Below, piece by piece: positions 33,984-43,773 of a stretch of DNA of 64,000 nt; positions within the stretch are counted from its first letter, which is position 1, and the number at the start of each line of letters is the position of its first letter. Under the pieces are notes generated by a model. The model was not told the origin of the DNA, made no database searches, and saw nothing but the letters and a program-made list of their open reading frames with translations. Position numbers and translations under genes: made by a program. Source of the stretch: an uncultured Acidobacteriota bacterium (GTDB taxonomy: Bacteria; Acidobacteriota; Blastocatellia; RBC074); contig CAWCGF010000003.1 of NCBI GenBank assembly GCA_963794955.1, positions 195,915 to 259,914 on the forward strand, written 5' to 3'.

Positions 33984-34368
33984 TGCCAACGTTTTGATCG
34001 CTGCTGCAACGGGACGATTTACCGTTTCAATGGACGCACAGGCGATCTTGAGTGATGCCAATCGGCTCTTTGCGTCTTCTCCTTTTGTTCGGCTTGAAAC
34101 GATTCCGAAGGCGTTCTTTCATCGCAACACGGATGAGGTGAAATTTTACGAAGCATACTTTTCAGCCGTGAGTTCGTATGACGATGAATTAAATGAGTTG
34201 GGCGCTGAAGCTGAACGAGTCGGAAAACGATTTGGCTTGAATATGGGCGATGCATTGCACATTGCCGCAGCCTTGCGTTTACAGGCAGATGAATTTATTA
34301 CCGCCGAACGTCCGACTTCACCTTTCAAAAATGTGGTCGGCGTGAAAGTTATTTCCATCTATCGCTGA
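33961..34368 (+). CDS. PIN-domain ribonuclease (VapC-like toxin)
   Basis: N-terminal ILTFLDANVLI with the conserved Asp, and later acidic residues (GDALHIAAA). Confidence 0.7.
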   Translation: MPILTFLDANVLIAAATGRFTVSMDAQAILSDANRLFASSPFVRLETIPKAFFHRNTDEVKFYEAYFSAVSSYDDELNELGAEAERVGKRFGLNMGDALHIAAALRLQADEFITAERPTSPFKNVVGVKVISIYR

Positions 34369-34390
34369 GATTATTTGCAGGAGTCTTGCC

Positions 34391-36343
34391 TTGTACCTCT
34401 CACGTTTATTCATCAAAAATTATCGTTCGATCAAAGAACTTGACTTGACCTTTGCCAAAGGCAAGAACGTGCTCGTCGGCAGGAATAATGCGGGCAAGAG
34501 CAATGTCATCAAGGCAATTGACCTGGTATTGGGCGAATACTCACCGACCTACACAAAATCGGAGAACGTCACCGAAAGTGATTTCTATTCGTGGCACGAC
34601 GATGTGGCAGGCCGCGAAGTTATTCAATCTGCCAGCGACATGTTCATCTGGTGCGAGTTGCGGCGTGATGTTGGCGAAATGCTGAACTACGACGAAATGT
34701 ACAAGGCGAATTCGCTGGTGATTTACACCCGGCTCGAAGGCTGGACGGTAGACAACAAGCCGATCAAACAGGCTGCGCGCATCTCGCAGCACGCATTGCC
34801 TTACAGTTACGAACCCATCTTTGAACTCAACGAAGACAATGCCGACCGCGATTGGATTGTGACGCGCAAGCGGGAATTGCAGCCGCTCGAAAAACAATTC
34901 GACGACAAATATCATTACGCGTTTGCCTTCCGTGCGACCAAAGACGAATTCGGGCACATCAACAAAGATATGCGGTTCCTCTACCGCGAAGACGAGTTCA
35001 GCGATTGGGTCTTGGCCTTTCGCGCGCCGATTCGCAACGAGCTATTACAAAGCGCGATTATCCCCGCTTTTCGTGATCCCGGCTCGCAACTGCGGCTCAA
35101 TAATTGGACGTGGTATGGACGTCTGATGCGGCATCTGACGGCGGGGCAGGAAGGCTCGACTGAATTGCAGTCCGCGATGGATCAGGTCAAATCCGTCGCC
35201 GACAAAATCTTTGCCGAAGCCAAAGAGCAAACGACGGCCAACACGCTTGATCTCGCTTTCCCGGACACCGAACTGCACTTTCAATTCAACACGGAAACGC
35301 GCGCCGACCTCTATAAAAGTGCGGCGTTGTACGTGGACGATGGCTACAAATCGCAGCTTGCCGACAAAGGCTCCGGCATTCAGAGCGCCGTTGTGATTGG
35401 CTTGTTTCAATATTACACGCGCGCTGTCAACACGGTGACGTCGGCGCTGCTTTGCATCGAAGAGCCGGAACTTTTCCTGCATCCCCACGCGCGCAAAGTC
35501 ATCAGCAATCGGCTCGACAACTTTTTGGACGGCAACAAACATCAAGTGATTTTGTCCACACACAGCGAAGAGTTCATTCGCTCGCAAGCAGGCGATTTGC
35601 ACGTCGTCCGCATTCGCAAAGATGCCAGCGGCACGCAGGCGACCAGTGTTAATTACCGTGCCTTCAGGCCATTGCTGCTGTGGGAAAAACAAAACGAATT
35701 GTTTTTTGCGGACAAGGTAATCGTCTGCGCGGGCTATCACGACTTCATCTTGAAAGCCGTCGCCGAAGAATTATTCCCCGGCCAGCTTGAAGAACAAAAC
35801 ATCTCCATCATCGCCGTCGGCGACAAACGCTATCTCAGTCAGGTTGTGCAGTTGATTTTGCAACTCGGCATCAAATGTTTTGTCTTCGCCGATTTTGAGT
35901 TTTTGTTGCGTGACGAAGCCGAAACTGCCACATACTATTCCGCCACGCCGCAAGAACATTTGCTGAGTTTGAGCGATGCGTTCTTCACGCAGGAATGCAC
36001 TTTTGGTGCGACCGGAGCCAAAGCCAAACAGTTCATCGAAAAGCTTCGCTCGCAAATCAAAGAATTGGATGTGGTGGCCTTTTACACCGCCAAATCCGCC
36101 GCGCAAATTTCGCATCCGAACATCCAACAAGTCCTTGACCGCCTGCGCAGTAACGGCGTTGGCATCCTCAGCGGCGAACTCGAAAACCTGTCTAACGATT
36201 ACGCGTTTCTGTCGCCCACGGACGGGCTTTCGCTGGCAAAGATTTACGCGCTGAATCAACGATTGATGAGTGGAGAAAAGATCAGCGAGTTGTTGCTGAC
36301 GAGCGAATTGAGTGATTTCTTGCGGGTGGTCTTGGCGCGCTAA
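34391..36343 (+). CDS. OLD-family ABC-type ATPase (AAA_15/AAA_21-like) with a C-terminal Toprim-like region
   Basis: GGAG RBS then TTG at 34391, 23 nt after the vapC stop. Walker A GRNNAGKSN, Walker B LLCIEEPELFLHP, H-loop ILSTHS. C-terminal VIVCAGYHD...IIAVGDK...FVFADFE resembles a Toprim with the first Glu replaced. Confidence 0.7.
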   Translation: MYLSRLFIKNYRSIKELDLTFAKGKNVLVGRNNAGKSNVIKAIDLVLGEYSPTYTKSENVTESDFYSWHDDVAGREVIQSASDMFIWCELRRDVGEMLNYDEMYKANSLVIYTRLEGWTVDNKPIKQAARISQHALPYSYEPIFELNEDNADRDWIVTRKRELQPLEKQFDDKYHYAFAFRATKDEFGHINKDMRFLYREDEFSDWVLAFRAPIRNELLQSAIIPAFRDPGSQLRLNNWTWYGRLMRHLTAGQEGSTELQSAMDQVKSVADKIFAEAKEQTTANTLDLAFPDTELHFQFNTETRADLYKSAALYVDDGYKSQLADKGSGIQSAVVIGLFQYYTRAVNTVTSALLCIEEPELFLHPHARKVISNRLDNFLDGNKHQVILSTHSEEFIRSQAGDLHVVRIRKDASGTQATSVNYRAFRPLLLWEKQNELFFADKVIVCAGYHDFILKAVAEELFPGQLEEQNISIIAVGDKRYLSQVVQLILQLGIKCFVFADFEFLLRDEAETATYYSATPQEHLLSLSDAFFTQECTFGATGAKAKQFIEKLRSQIKELDVVAFYTAKSAAQISHPNIQQVLDRLRSNGVGILSGELENLSNDYAFLSPTDGLSLAKIYALNQRLMSGEKISELLLTSELSDFLRVVLAR

Positions 36344-36448
36344 TCCCCACATGATTTTTGGCTCACAATTTTCCTGACCTTACTATTGGCAGCCTATTTT
36401 CCTGGTGATATGGTTTGGCTCTCGAAACCGCTGTAAGCTGGGAACTCC

Positions 36449-37693
36449 ATGAAAATTACAGACATTAAAGCAACCACCGTTACCGTTCCGCTCGAAGCCC
36501 CCTTGCGTCACGCCAACGGCTGTCATTGGGGGCGTTTCGTGCGCACTATCGTCGAAGTGGAAACCGACGAAGGGATCGTTGGCCTCGGCGAAATGGGGGG
36601 CGGCGGCGAATCAGCCGAAGCTATCTTTCGTGCGATGAAAGGCTATTTGCTCGGGCACGATCCGGCGCGACTGGAAGAAATGCGCTTCCTGATCGCCAAC
36701 CCCACAGCGTCGCTTTACAACAATCGCACGCAGGTATTGGCTGCACTCGAATTCGCCTGCCTCGACATTCTGGGGCAAAAGTGGGGCGTGCCTGTTTACG
36801 ACATTTTGGGCGGTCGTTTGAATGATCGTGTGCCGTTCGCGTCGTATCTGTTCTTTCGCTATCCGAATCCCAAAGATGGCAGCGGCGAATCGCGCACGGC
36901 GGAACAACTGGTCACGCTCGCCAAAGATTTGAAAGCGAAGTATGGCTTCACTTCGCACAAGCTGAAAGGCGGCGTGTTTGCGCCAGAATATGAATTAGAA
37001 TGCTATCGTGCTGTGGCTGACGAATTAAAAGGCGACCGCTTCCGCTTTGATCCGAACGGCGCATTTTCGACTGAGACGGCGATTTGGTTTGGGCAGCAAA
37101 TCGAAGACATTCGTAACGACTATCTCGAAGACCCGGTGTTCGGCTTGCACGGTATGCGACGGGTGCGCGAGAAAGTGCGGATGCCACTGGCTACGAATAC
37201 GGTCGTCGTGAATTTCGAGCAACTTGCCGCGAACATTCTGAACACTGCGGTAGACGTGATTCTGCTCGACACGACCTTCTGGGGCGGCATTCGTCCATGC
37301 GTGAAAGCGGCGGGCATTTGCGAGACATTCCAGCTTGGCGTCGCCGTGCATTCATCAGGCGAACTGGGCATTCAACTGGCCACGATGCTGCATTTCGGAG
37401 CGGTGATTCCCAATCTCTCATTTGCCGCTGACGCGCATTATCACCATGTCGTTGACGACATCATCGTGGGCGGCAAATTGCAATACGAAAACGGTTCGCT
37501 TGCTGTGCCCACTGGGCCGGGCTTGGGCGTCAAGCTCGACCGCGACAAATTGGGCCAATACAGCGACCTGTACAAACGACTTGGCGGGTATCCTTATGAT
37601 CAAGACCCGCTGCGACCGGGCTGGACGCCGACCGTGCCGAACAATCGGTGGGCGAATCCGAATGATGCGCGCCCCCCTGAGATAGGTTATTGA
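36449..37693 (+). CDS. enolase-superfamily dehydratase (glucarate dehydratase-like)
   Basis: MR/MLE N- and C-domains; DPNGAFS motif; length and motifs fit GudD-like proteins. Confidence 0.75.
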   Translation: MKITDIKATTVTVPLEAPLRHANGCHWGRFVRTIVEVETDEGIVGLGEMGGGGESAEAIFRAMKGYLLGHDPARLEEMRFLIANPTASLYNNRTQVLAALEFACLDILGQKWGVPVYDILGGRLNDRVPFASYLFFRYPNPKDGSGESRTAEQLVTLAKDLKAKYGFTSHKLKGGVFAPEYELECYRAVADELKGDRFRFDPNGAFSTETAIWFGQQIEDIRNDYLEDPVFGLHGMRRVREKVRMPLATNTVVVNFEQLAANILNTAVDVILLDTTFWGGIRPCVKAAGICETFQLGVAVHSSGELGIQLATMLHFGAVIPNLSFAADAHYHHVVDDIIVGGKLQYENGSLAVPTGPGLGVKLDRDKLGQYSDLYKRLGGYPYDQDPLRPGWTPTVPNNRWANPNDARPPEIGY

Positions 37694-38168
37694 TAAAAAC
37701 AGCTCTTCCACTACGCCACAAGAAGAAGTACGAAGGATAGCGCGGCCCTATCTTTCGCCACGAATTTACGTTGACGCCCGATGGTGTATTGGCAACCTTG
37801 CGCGCAGAAGACACAACAGCATTCGGCGTCACGTGGTCGTTGCTGGATAATGACGGCGCACCGCTCAATCCAACACGCGGTCGTTGAAGCTGCGGTCAGT
37901 AAAATCCGCGTGGGCTTTACTGACGGGCGCGCGCAAGCGATAATCCTCCCCGACTATCGCAGGGCCATAGGCTCCGAAAAGAATAGTCGCGCGAGACACC
38001 ACATAACTCGACGATAAAAACATCACATCTTTAGCTGGGATGCGTAGCAACAAAAAGTATTTTTAGTCGTTGGACGATGGAACTGTATTTCGTCTCCTGT
38101 GCTTAGAGACCCAGGCTTGCACTCTCTCGATCCAACTTTTCAATAACCTAGGAAAATTAGGAGACACC

Positions 38169-41100
38169 ATGAATTATCCGAGACAAGTTATTTTCAAACT
38201 GACAGCCGCAATATTTTTACTCCTTTGTTTGGCCGGAGCGGTAGCGGCACAGGTTGCCACAGGCAGCATTCTCGGTTCGGTGCGTGACAATTCGGGCGCT
38301 GCCGTTAAAGGTGCGCGCGTTACCATCACTGAAATTGGGAAGAGCAATTCCTCCACGCTTACGACCGATGACGAAGGAGCGTACACCGCCCCGTTTCTGA
38401 TTCCCGGAACCTATAACGTCGCGGTCGAAGCGCAAGGCTTCAAGAAAGGCGTGACCAATACGGTCGTCGTCCAGATTGACCAAAAAGCGCGCGTGGATTT
38501 TAGCCTGGAGGTCGGGCAACTGACCGAAGTGGTTGAGGTTTCTGCCGCCGTCACGCTCGTCAACACGGAATCCTCAGAAATCGGGCAGGTGATTGAAGAA
38601 CGTTCGGTGAAAGAATTGCCACTCAACGGACGCAACTTCGCGCAACTGGTTTATCTGGTGCCGGGCGTCACGCCGGGGCAACAGGGCGAAAATCTGTCGG
38701 GCGCTTCGACGTTTAATCCGCGCGCGTCTTCCAACTTCAACTCCTTGGGACATCACGCCAACTCTAATGGTTGGCTGATTGACGGGATTGACAACAACGA
38801 ATACACCTTTAATACCGTCATTGTGCAACCAACCGTCGAATCCGTGCGCGAATTCAAAGCCTTGACGGGAACCTTTTCGGCGGAGTTCGGACGCGGCGCA
38901 GGTGTCGTGGCAGTCTCCACGAAATCGGGTGGCAACGATTTTCATGGCGGATTGTTTGAGTTTTTGCGCAACGACAAAGTGGATGCGTTCCAACATCAAT
39001 TCGTCAATCCGCGGCCCACGAAAAAGCCGACGTTTCGCCGCAATCAATTCGGCGGGTATTTGAGTGGCCCGGTGCTGTTCCCGCGTTTCGGCGAGGGTGG
39101 CCCGGCGCTGTACAACGGCAAGAACAAGAGTTTCTTCTTCTTCGATTATGCAGGCTTGCGCGAAATCCGCGGCAACACTTTCGTCAACAGCGTGCCGACC
39201 GCCCGATCACGCACCGGCGATTTTGGCGAATTTTTAGGCGCGAATCTCTGTACAAATTCAGCAGGCGCGGCAGGCGCGTGTACGGGCGCCTTCACCACGC
39301 CGCTCAATGTCACCAACCTTGCCGGGCAGACGATCCAAGCGCGGGTCGGGATGATGTTTGATCCGCTGACGACGCGGGCGAATCCGGCCTTCAATGCTGC
39401 CTCGCCGGTCAGTGCGGCGAATCCGCAAACGCTTCGTTCTGCCTTCACCAATAACATCATTCCAACGTCGCGCCTCAATCAAGTCGGACTAAACGTCGCC
39501 AGCATTTATCCGTTGCCGCAAAACAGCAGCTTGACCAACAACTACACCTCGGTCGTCAACCGCGATGTGAGCAGCAATGCGTTTACCTTCCGCTTTGATC
39601 ACAGCTTCAGCGACCGCGACAAATTTTTTGCGCGCTATAGCCTGGAAAACTTTCGGCTCGACGCGCCGCAAGGACAGGCCAATTGTTGCCTGCCGACGCC
39701 GAGCTTTGCCGCCACTAGATTTGAGTTAGGGCCATTTGTAGCAGGCATTCAGAACACGACATTGCGCACGCAAGGGCTGGCGCTGAATCATACGCATACG
39801 TTCTCACCAACCGTCCTGCTGGAATTGCGTGCTGGTTTCGCTCGTACCAATCCGGTCACCGTGCCATCGGATTTTGGCAAAAACGCTTCCACCTCGCTCG
39901 GCATTCAGGGCATCAACATTTCGCAATTCACATCGGGTATTGCGAATATCAACATCAACGAACTGACCGGTCTTAGCGGTGGCCCGGCTTTCTTGCCTGT
40001 CAACCCGAAGCAAACCCATTACCAATTCACCAGCAATCTGTTTTACACGATGGGCAAGCAAACGCTGAAATTCGGCTATCACATGGTCATTCGCAAACCG
40101 GTGCCGTTTACGCAATCGAACACGCGTGGCGCTTTGAATATCGGCAACGAATATGTGCGCTTGCCGTTTTCGGCAGGAGCGGCAGTCAGTGGCACAGGCA
40201 CGGGCTTGGCAACGTTGTTACTGGGTTATGTGAATAGTGGTTCGCGCGGCTTTTTGAATGAGAATTATTACCTGACGAACAAAGAGTTCGCGGGCTTCAT
40301 TCAAGACGACATTAAAGTCACCAGCCGCCTAACGATCAACGCGGGATTGCGCTATGAGGTGTACACGCCGGACGTTGAAAACCGCAATCTGATCGTCAAT
40401 TTCGACCCGGATAAATTACGTTTGATTTATGCCAACGAAGAGGGCTATTCGCGTTCGGCGGGCAAAAAGACAAACTATAAAAACTTCGGCCCGCGCCTGG
40501 GCTTTGCATACGACATTTTTGGCACCGCCAAGACGGTTTTGCGCGGCGGCTATGGCATCAGCTATTTCCCGGAACCGTATGCGGCGGGCAATCTGTTAGG
40601 GCAAAATATTCCGCTGTCCGTGTCACAGACGTTTGCCAACGATGTCACCCCGGCGAATTTCGCCACGGTGACGCAGATCAATCGCCCGTTCCCGACGCCC
40701 GTGCAATTCAAACCGACGACGACGGCGGCCCTCAATGCCGTCACGCCCTCTCCCTCCATCATCGGGCATGAGTTCTCGAACCTGACGCCGTATGCCCAAT
40801 CCTACGGGCTGAACATTCAGCAATCGCTGACCCGTAGCATCGTCCTCGAAGTCGGCTACGCCGGCAGTCGTGGCATTCACATCCCGGTGTTCTACAACAT
40901 CAATGAAGTGTTGCCGGGCGCAGGGACGCAAGCTTCGCGGCGCTTGATTCAATCGCTCAGCAACCTTCCCAGCATCAACATTGCGCAATACCGCAATTCA
41001 TCGAGCTACAATGGCTTGCTGGTCAAAGCCAACAAGCGGTTCAGCGGTGGCTCGAACTTCCTGTTGAGTTACACCTATGGCAAATCGTTGGATTACGGCA

Positions 41101-41711
41101 GTTCGCCCGCCAGCGGCGGCGGTTCGGTCGGGAATCCCCAAACCTACACCAACATCAAAGCCGGGCGCGGCCCGTCGGGGTACGATGTGAAACATCGCGC
41201 CGTTTTCAGCAGCGTGTTTGAATCGCCCTTTGGCAGAGGCAAGAAATGGCTGACCGGTGGCCCGCTCTCGTATGTGTTGGGTGGTTGGCAAACGACCGGT
41301 ATCGTGACAGCGACGACAGGCCGTCCATTCACCGTGTTTTTGCAGAACGGCGTTAACAACGGCGCGCCGAGTTGGCCAAATCGCATCGGCAGCGGCAAGC
41401 TCGACAATGCGACGACGGACAGATGGTTCAATATTGACGATTTTGTCGCACCCGCCCCGAACACCTACGGCAACAGTTCGCGCGGCACGCTCTATTCGCC
41501 GGGGCATTTCAATATAGATGGTTCGCTGGCGAAGTCGTTCAACTTCACTGAGAAGCTGCGCCTTCAGTTCCGCTTTGAGGCGTACAATCTGTTCAATACT
41601 CCGTATTTTGGCTTCCCGAACGCGAACATTGGGAACCCGAATGCGGGGCAGATTCGTTCGACCTTGTCCGACAATCGCAGCTTGCAAGGGGCCTTGAAAC
41701 TTGAGTTCTGA
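38169..41711 (+). CDS. TonB-dependent outer-membrane receptor with an N-terminal carboxypeptidase-regulatory-like domain
   Basis: GGAG RBS then ATG at 38169. Signal peptide. CarbopepD_reg-like GSILGSVRDNSGAAVKGARVTITE, a plug region, and a beta-barrel ending in a C-terminal Phe (LKLEF). Confidence 0.85.
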   Translation: MNYPRQVIFKLTAAIFLLLCLAGAVAAQVATGSILGSVRDNSGAAVKGARVTITEIGKSNSSTLTTDDEGAYTAPFLIPGTYNVAVEAQGFKKGVTNTVVVQIDQKARVDFSLEVGQLTEVVEVSAAVTLVNTESSEIGQVIEERSVKELPLNGRNFAQLVYLVPGVTPGQQGENLSGASTFNPRASSNFNSLGHHANSNGWLIDGIDNNEYTFNTVIVQPTVESVREFKALTGTFSAEFGRGAGVVAVSTKSGGNDFHGGLFEFLRNDKVDAFQHQFVNPRPTKKPTFRRNQFGGYLSGPVLFPRFGEGGPALYNGKNKSFFFFDYAGLREIRGNTFVNSVPTARSRTGDFGEFLGANLCTNSAGAAGACTGAFTTPLNVTNLAGQTIQARVGMMFDPLTTRANPAFNAASPVSAANPQTLRSAFTNNIIPTSRLNQVGLNVASIYPLPQNSSLTNNYTSVVNRDVSSNAFTFRFDHSFSDRDKFFARYSLENFRLDAPQGQANCCLPTPSFAATRFELGPFVAGIQNTTLRTQGLALNHTHTFSPTVLLELRAGFARTNPVTVPSDFGKNASTSLGIQGINISQFTSGIANININELTGLSGGPAFLPVNPKQTHYQFTSNLFYTMGKQTLKFGYHMVIRKPVPFTQSNTRGALNIGNEYVRLPFSAGAAVSGTGTGLATLLLGYVNSGSRGFLNENYYLTNKEFAGFIQDDIKVTSRLTINAGLRYEVYTPDVENRNLIVNFDPDKLRLIYANEEGYSRSAGKKTNYKNFGPRLGFAYDIFGTAKTVLRGGYGISYFPEPYAAGNLLGQNIPLSVSQTFANDVTPANFATVTQINRPFPTPVQFKPTTTAALNAVTPSPSIIGHEFSNLTPYAQSYGLNIQQSLTRSIVLEVGYAGSRGIHIPVFYNINEVLPGAGTQASRRLIQSLSNLPSINIAQYRNSSSYNGLLVKANKRFSGGSNFLLSYTYGKSLDYGSSPASGGGSVGNPQTYTNIKAGRGPSGYDVKHRAVFSSVFESPFGRGKKWLTGGPLSYVLGGWQTTGIVTATTGRPFTVFLQNGVNNGAPSWPNRIGSGKLDNATTDRWFNIDDFVAPAPNTYGNSSRGTLYSPGHFNIDGSLAKSFNFTEKLRLQFRFEAYNLFNTPYFGFPNANIGNPNAGQIRSTLSDNRSLQGALKLEF

Positions 41712-41822
41712 GGCGCAATGCCACAAGTTATTTGCCGAGGCACATAAACTTTCTATTGGTATTTGACGGTGCAGGCTACTGCCTGGACAAATACCAATTT
41801 CAACTGTATAGGTCAGTATCGT

Positions 41823-41890
41823 GTGCGGTAGCGAGTGTTCCTAAGACTCTCAACCGCACACGATACTGATTTTTTTCTTTAGCAGCGAGG
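41823..41890 (+). terminator. rho-independent terminator
   Basis: 17-bp perfect stem (TCAGTATCGTGTGCGGT / ACCGCACACGATACTGA) followed by TTTTTTTCTTT. Confidence 0.8.
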
Positions 41891-41919
41891 CTGCTCATCC
41901 CGACGCCAGGAGGTATTGC

Positions 41920-42831
41920 TTGAAGACACGTTTTATTTTCTCTTTGTTGCTTGCTTTGCTTTTGCTTGACCTGACCGCCACGGCTGGGGAACTGGTGCAA
42001 CGGGTCAGATCAAAGCTCTCTGCGGGAGATTTGGCCAGCGGCATCGCGTACGTCGAGGATTACAAAAAGAAAACGGGCGTAGATGCCGAATATCTGGATG
42101 CCGTCGGCTGGCTGGCGCGCGGGGCAGAGATGCTGAATCAGCCCGATGCTGCCGCGCAGTACGTGGCCGAACTGCGCCGTGAAATCCGCGAAGAAAAAAA
42201 GGAATGGTTAGCTCCACTTGGTGCCGCCATCGAAGTTGAAGGCAAATTGAAGGTGCGACGCGAAGGGCGTAGCGCGGCGCTCCGCTTTCTAAACGACGAA
42301 CTGGCGCGCGCGAAAAATATTGGCCTGCGCTCGCGCATCAACAAGAACATCAATCAGCTTTCGTTGGAAGGGCAGAGCGCGCCGCCGCTCAACACGACGG
42401 ATTTTATCGGCCAGCAACCCTCCGCGCTCGCGGCGTACAAGGGCAAGCCGGTTCTCCTCTTCCTCTGGGCGAATTGGTGTGGCGATTGCAAAGCGCAGTC
42501 CGCCTCGCTCCTCAGCCTCTGGCAAAAATATCGCGCGCAGGGACTCGTCATTATTGCGCCCACGCGCTACTACGAAACCGAAAGCGAGAAAGCGATGACG
42601 CCAGCCGCCGAGAAAGCGCAAATCGAAAAGGTCTGGAAAGAGTCGTACGCCGGACTGGAAGAGGTTCCCATCGTGATTGACACTGAAACGATGGTGCGCT
42701 ACGGCGTCTCCGGGACGCCTACGTTTGTCTTGATAGATCGCAAAGGCATCGTGCGCTTGTATGCGCCCACACGTCTGTCCGAAGCGGAACTTTCCCGCCG
42801 CATTGAGGCGATATTAGCCGAAAAAATGTAG
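41920..42831 (+). CDS. TlpA-like thiol:disulfide oxidoreductase (redoxin) with an N-terminal helical/TPR-like region
   Basis: AGGAGG RBS then TTG start. Signal peptide. WCGDC active site. Confidence 0.75.
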   Translation: MKTRFIFSLLLALLLLDLTATAGELVQRVRSKLSAGDLASGIAYVEDYKKKTGVDAEYLDAVGWLARGAEMLNQPDAAAQYVAELRREIREEKKEWLAPLGAAIEVEGKLKVRREGRSAALRFLNDELARAKNIGLRSRINKNINQLSLEGQSAPPLNTTDFIGQQPSALAAYKGKPVLLFLWANWCGDCKAQSASLLSLWQKYRAQGLVIIAPTRYYETESEKAMTPAAEKAQIEKVWKESYAGLEEVPIVIDTETMVRYGVSGTPTFVLIDRKGIVRLYAPTRLSEAELSRRIEAILAEKM

Positions 42832-42832
42832 G

Positions 42833-42904
42833 GCAAACTGGAAAATTTGCACTATTCACAACGAGATAACACTTGGGGAAACAGACGCAAACTGGAAAGT
42901 TTGC
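42833..42904. promoter_or_regulatory. two direct copies of the 18-bp motif GCAAACTGGAAA(A/G)TTTGC upstream of the HD-domain gene
   Basis: Copies at 42833-42850 and 42887-42904. The second ends 15 nt before the ATG at 42919. Confidence 0.6.
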
Positions 42905-42918
42905 TCTACAAGGTAGCA

Positions 42919-43479
42919 ATGGAAACTTCAAATCAATTCACTGCGCTGCTCAAGGCATTGCAGTTCGCTTCTATCAAGCATCGGGATCAGCGTCGCAAGG
43001 ATGTGGAGGCTTCACCTTACATCAACCACCCCATTGAAGTGGCTGAGTTATTGGCACGGGTCGGGCAACTCACCGACTTGGTGGTGTTGCAAAGCGCCAT
43101 TTTACACGACACCGTCGAAGACACGCTGACCACGCCGGAGGAGATTGAAGAACTTTTTGGCGCGGAAGTGCGGGGCGTAGTGGAAGAAGTGACAGATGAT
43201 AAAAGCCTGCCGAAAGCCGCGCGCAAGCAACTCCAAATTGAACACGGGCCGCATCTCTCGCGCCGCGCCCAACTCGTGAAACTTGCCGATAAAATCTCGA
43301 ATGTGCGTGGTGTCACCCAGACCCCACCAGCGGATTGGTCGGTCACGCGCCGCATCGAGTACTTAGCTTGGGCGGAAAGCGTTGTCGCTGGCCTGCGCGG
43401 TTGCAATGCGCCGCTGGAAGAACTGTTTGATCAACTCCTGCGGCAAGGACGAGCGGCGTTAGCCTCCGGGCAAGATTAG
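42919..43479 (+). CDS. HD-domain (p)ppGpp hydrolase-like protein (small alarmone hydrolase / Mesh1-like)
   Basis: HD motif: HRDQRRKD...[10 protein letters not shown]...[10 protein letters not shown]. Confidence 0.7.
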   Translation: METSNQFTALLKALQFASIKHRDQRRKDVEASPYINHPIEVAELLARVGQLTDLVVLQSAILHDTVEDTLTTPEEIEELFGAEVRGVVEEVTDDKSLPKAARKQLQIEHGPHLSRRAQLVKLADKISNVRGVTQTPPADWSVTRRIEYLAWAESVVAGLRGCNAPLEELFDQLLRQGRAALASGQD

Positions 43480-43489
43480 TATGGGCTTG

Positions 43490-43598
43490 AGCATGAGTCA
43501 TTGGTCATTGGCCATTTGTTATCGCGGTGGTCGCCATTTGCACACAACCAATGACCAATGACCAGTGACTAATGACCAATGGAAAATAGCGATTACCC
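43490..43598. repeat. 14-bp inverted repeat plus tandem ATGACC heptads
   Basis: TCATTGGTCATTGG and its reverse complement CCAATGACCAATGA; four copies of ATGACC; a possible TTGACA-17-TAGTTT promoter at 43629-43657. Confidence 0.6.
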
Positions 43599-43773
43599 TG
43601 CAGAACTTTTGCCCCCGTGCTTAATTCTTGACAAACCTCTGACCGTACGTTAGTTTCCGCCCTGTCAAAACAGCCCTTATGCGGCGTAGATCAGAGTGAC
43701 GAGAATCTTGCTCCCCTCACGTGAAATGCCGGACGCCTCGATACCCGGCGCAGTAGCAGTCAGGCAGAGGCCC

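Noticed and set aside
35045-36352. Minus-strand ORFs 35045-35740 and 35771-36352 within the OLD-family gene
   Set aside because: Antisense to a gene with a complete set of Walker A/B/H-loop motifs; products are low complexity.
37781-38017. 78-aa ORF in the 475-bp gap upstream of the TonB-dependent receptor
   Set aside because: No RBS, Arg/His/Ala-rich, unsupported by any family. The region is more likely promoter/5'UTR.
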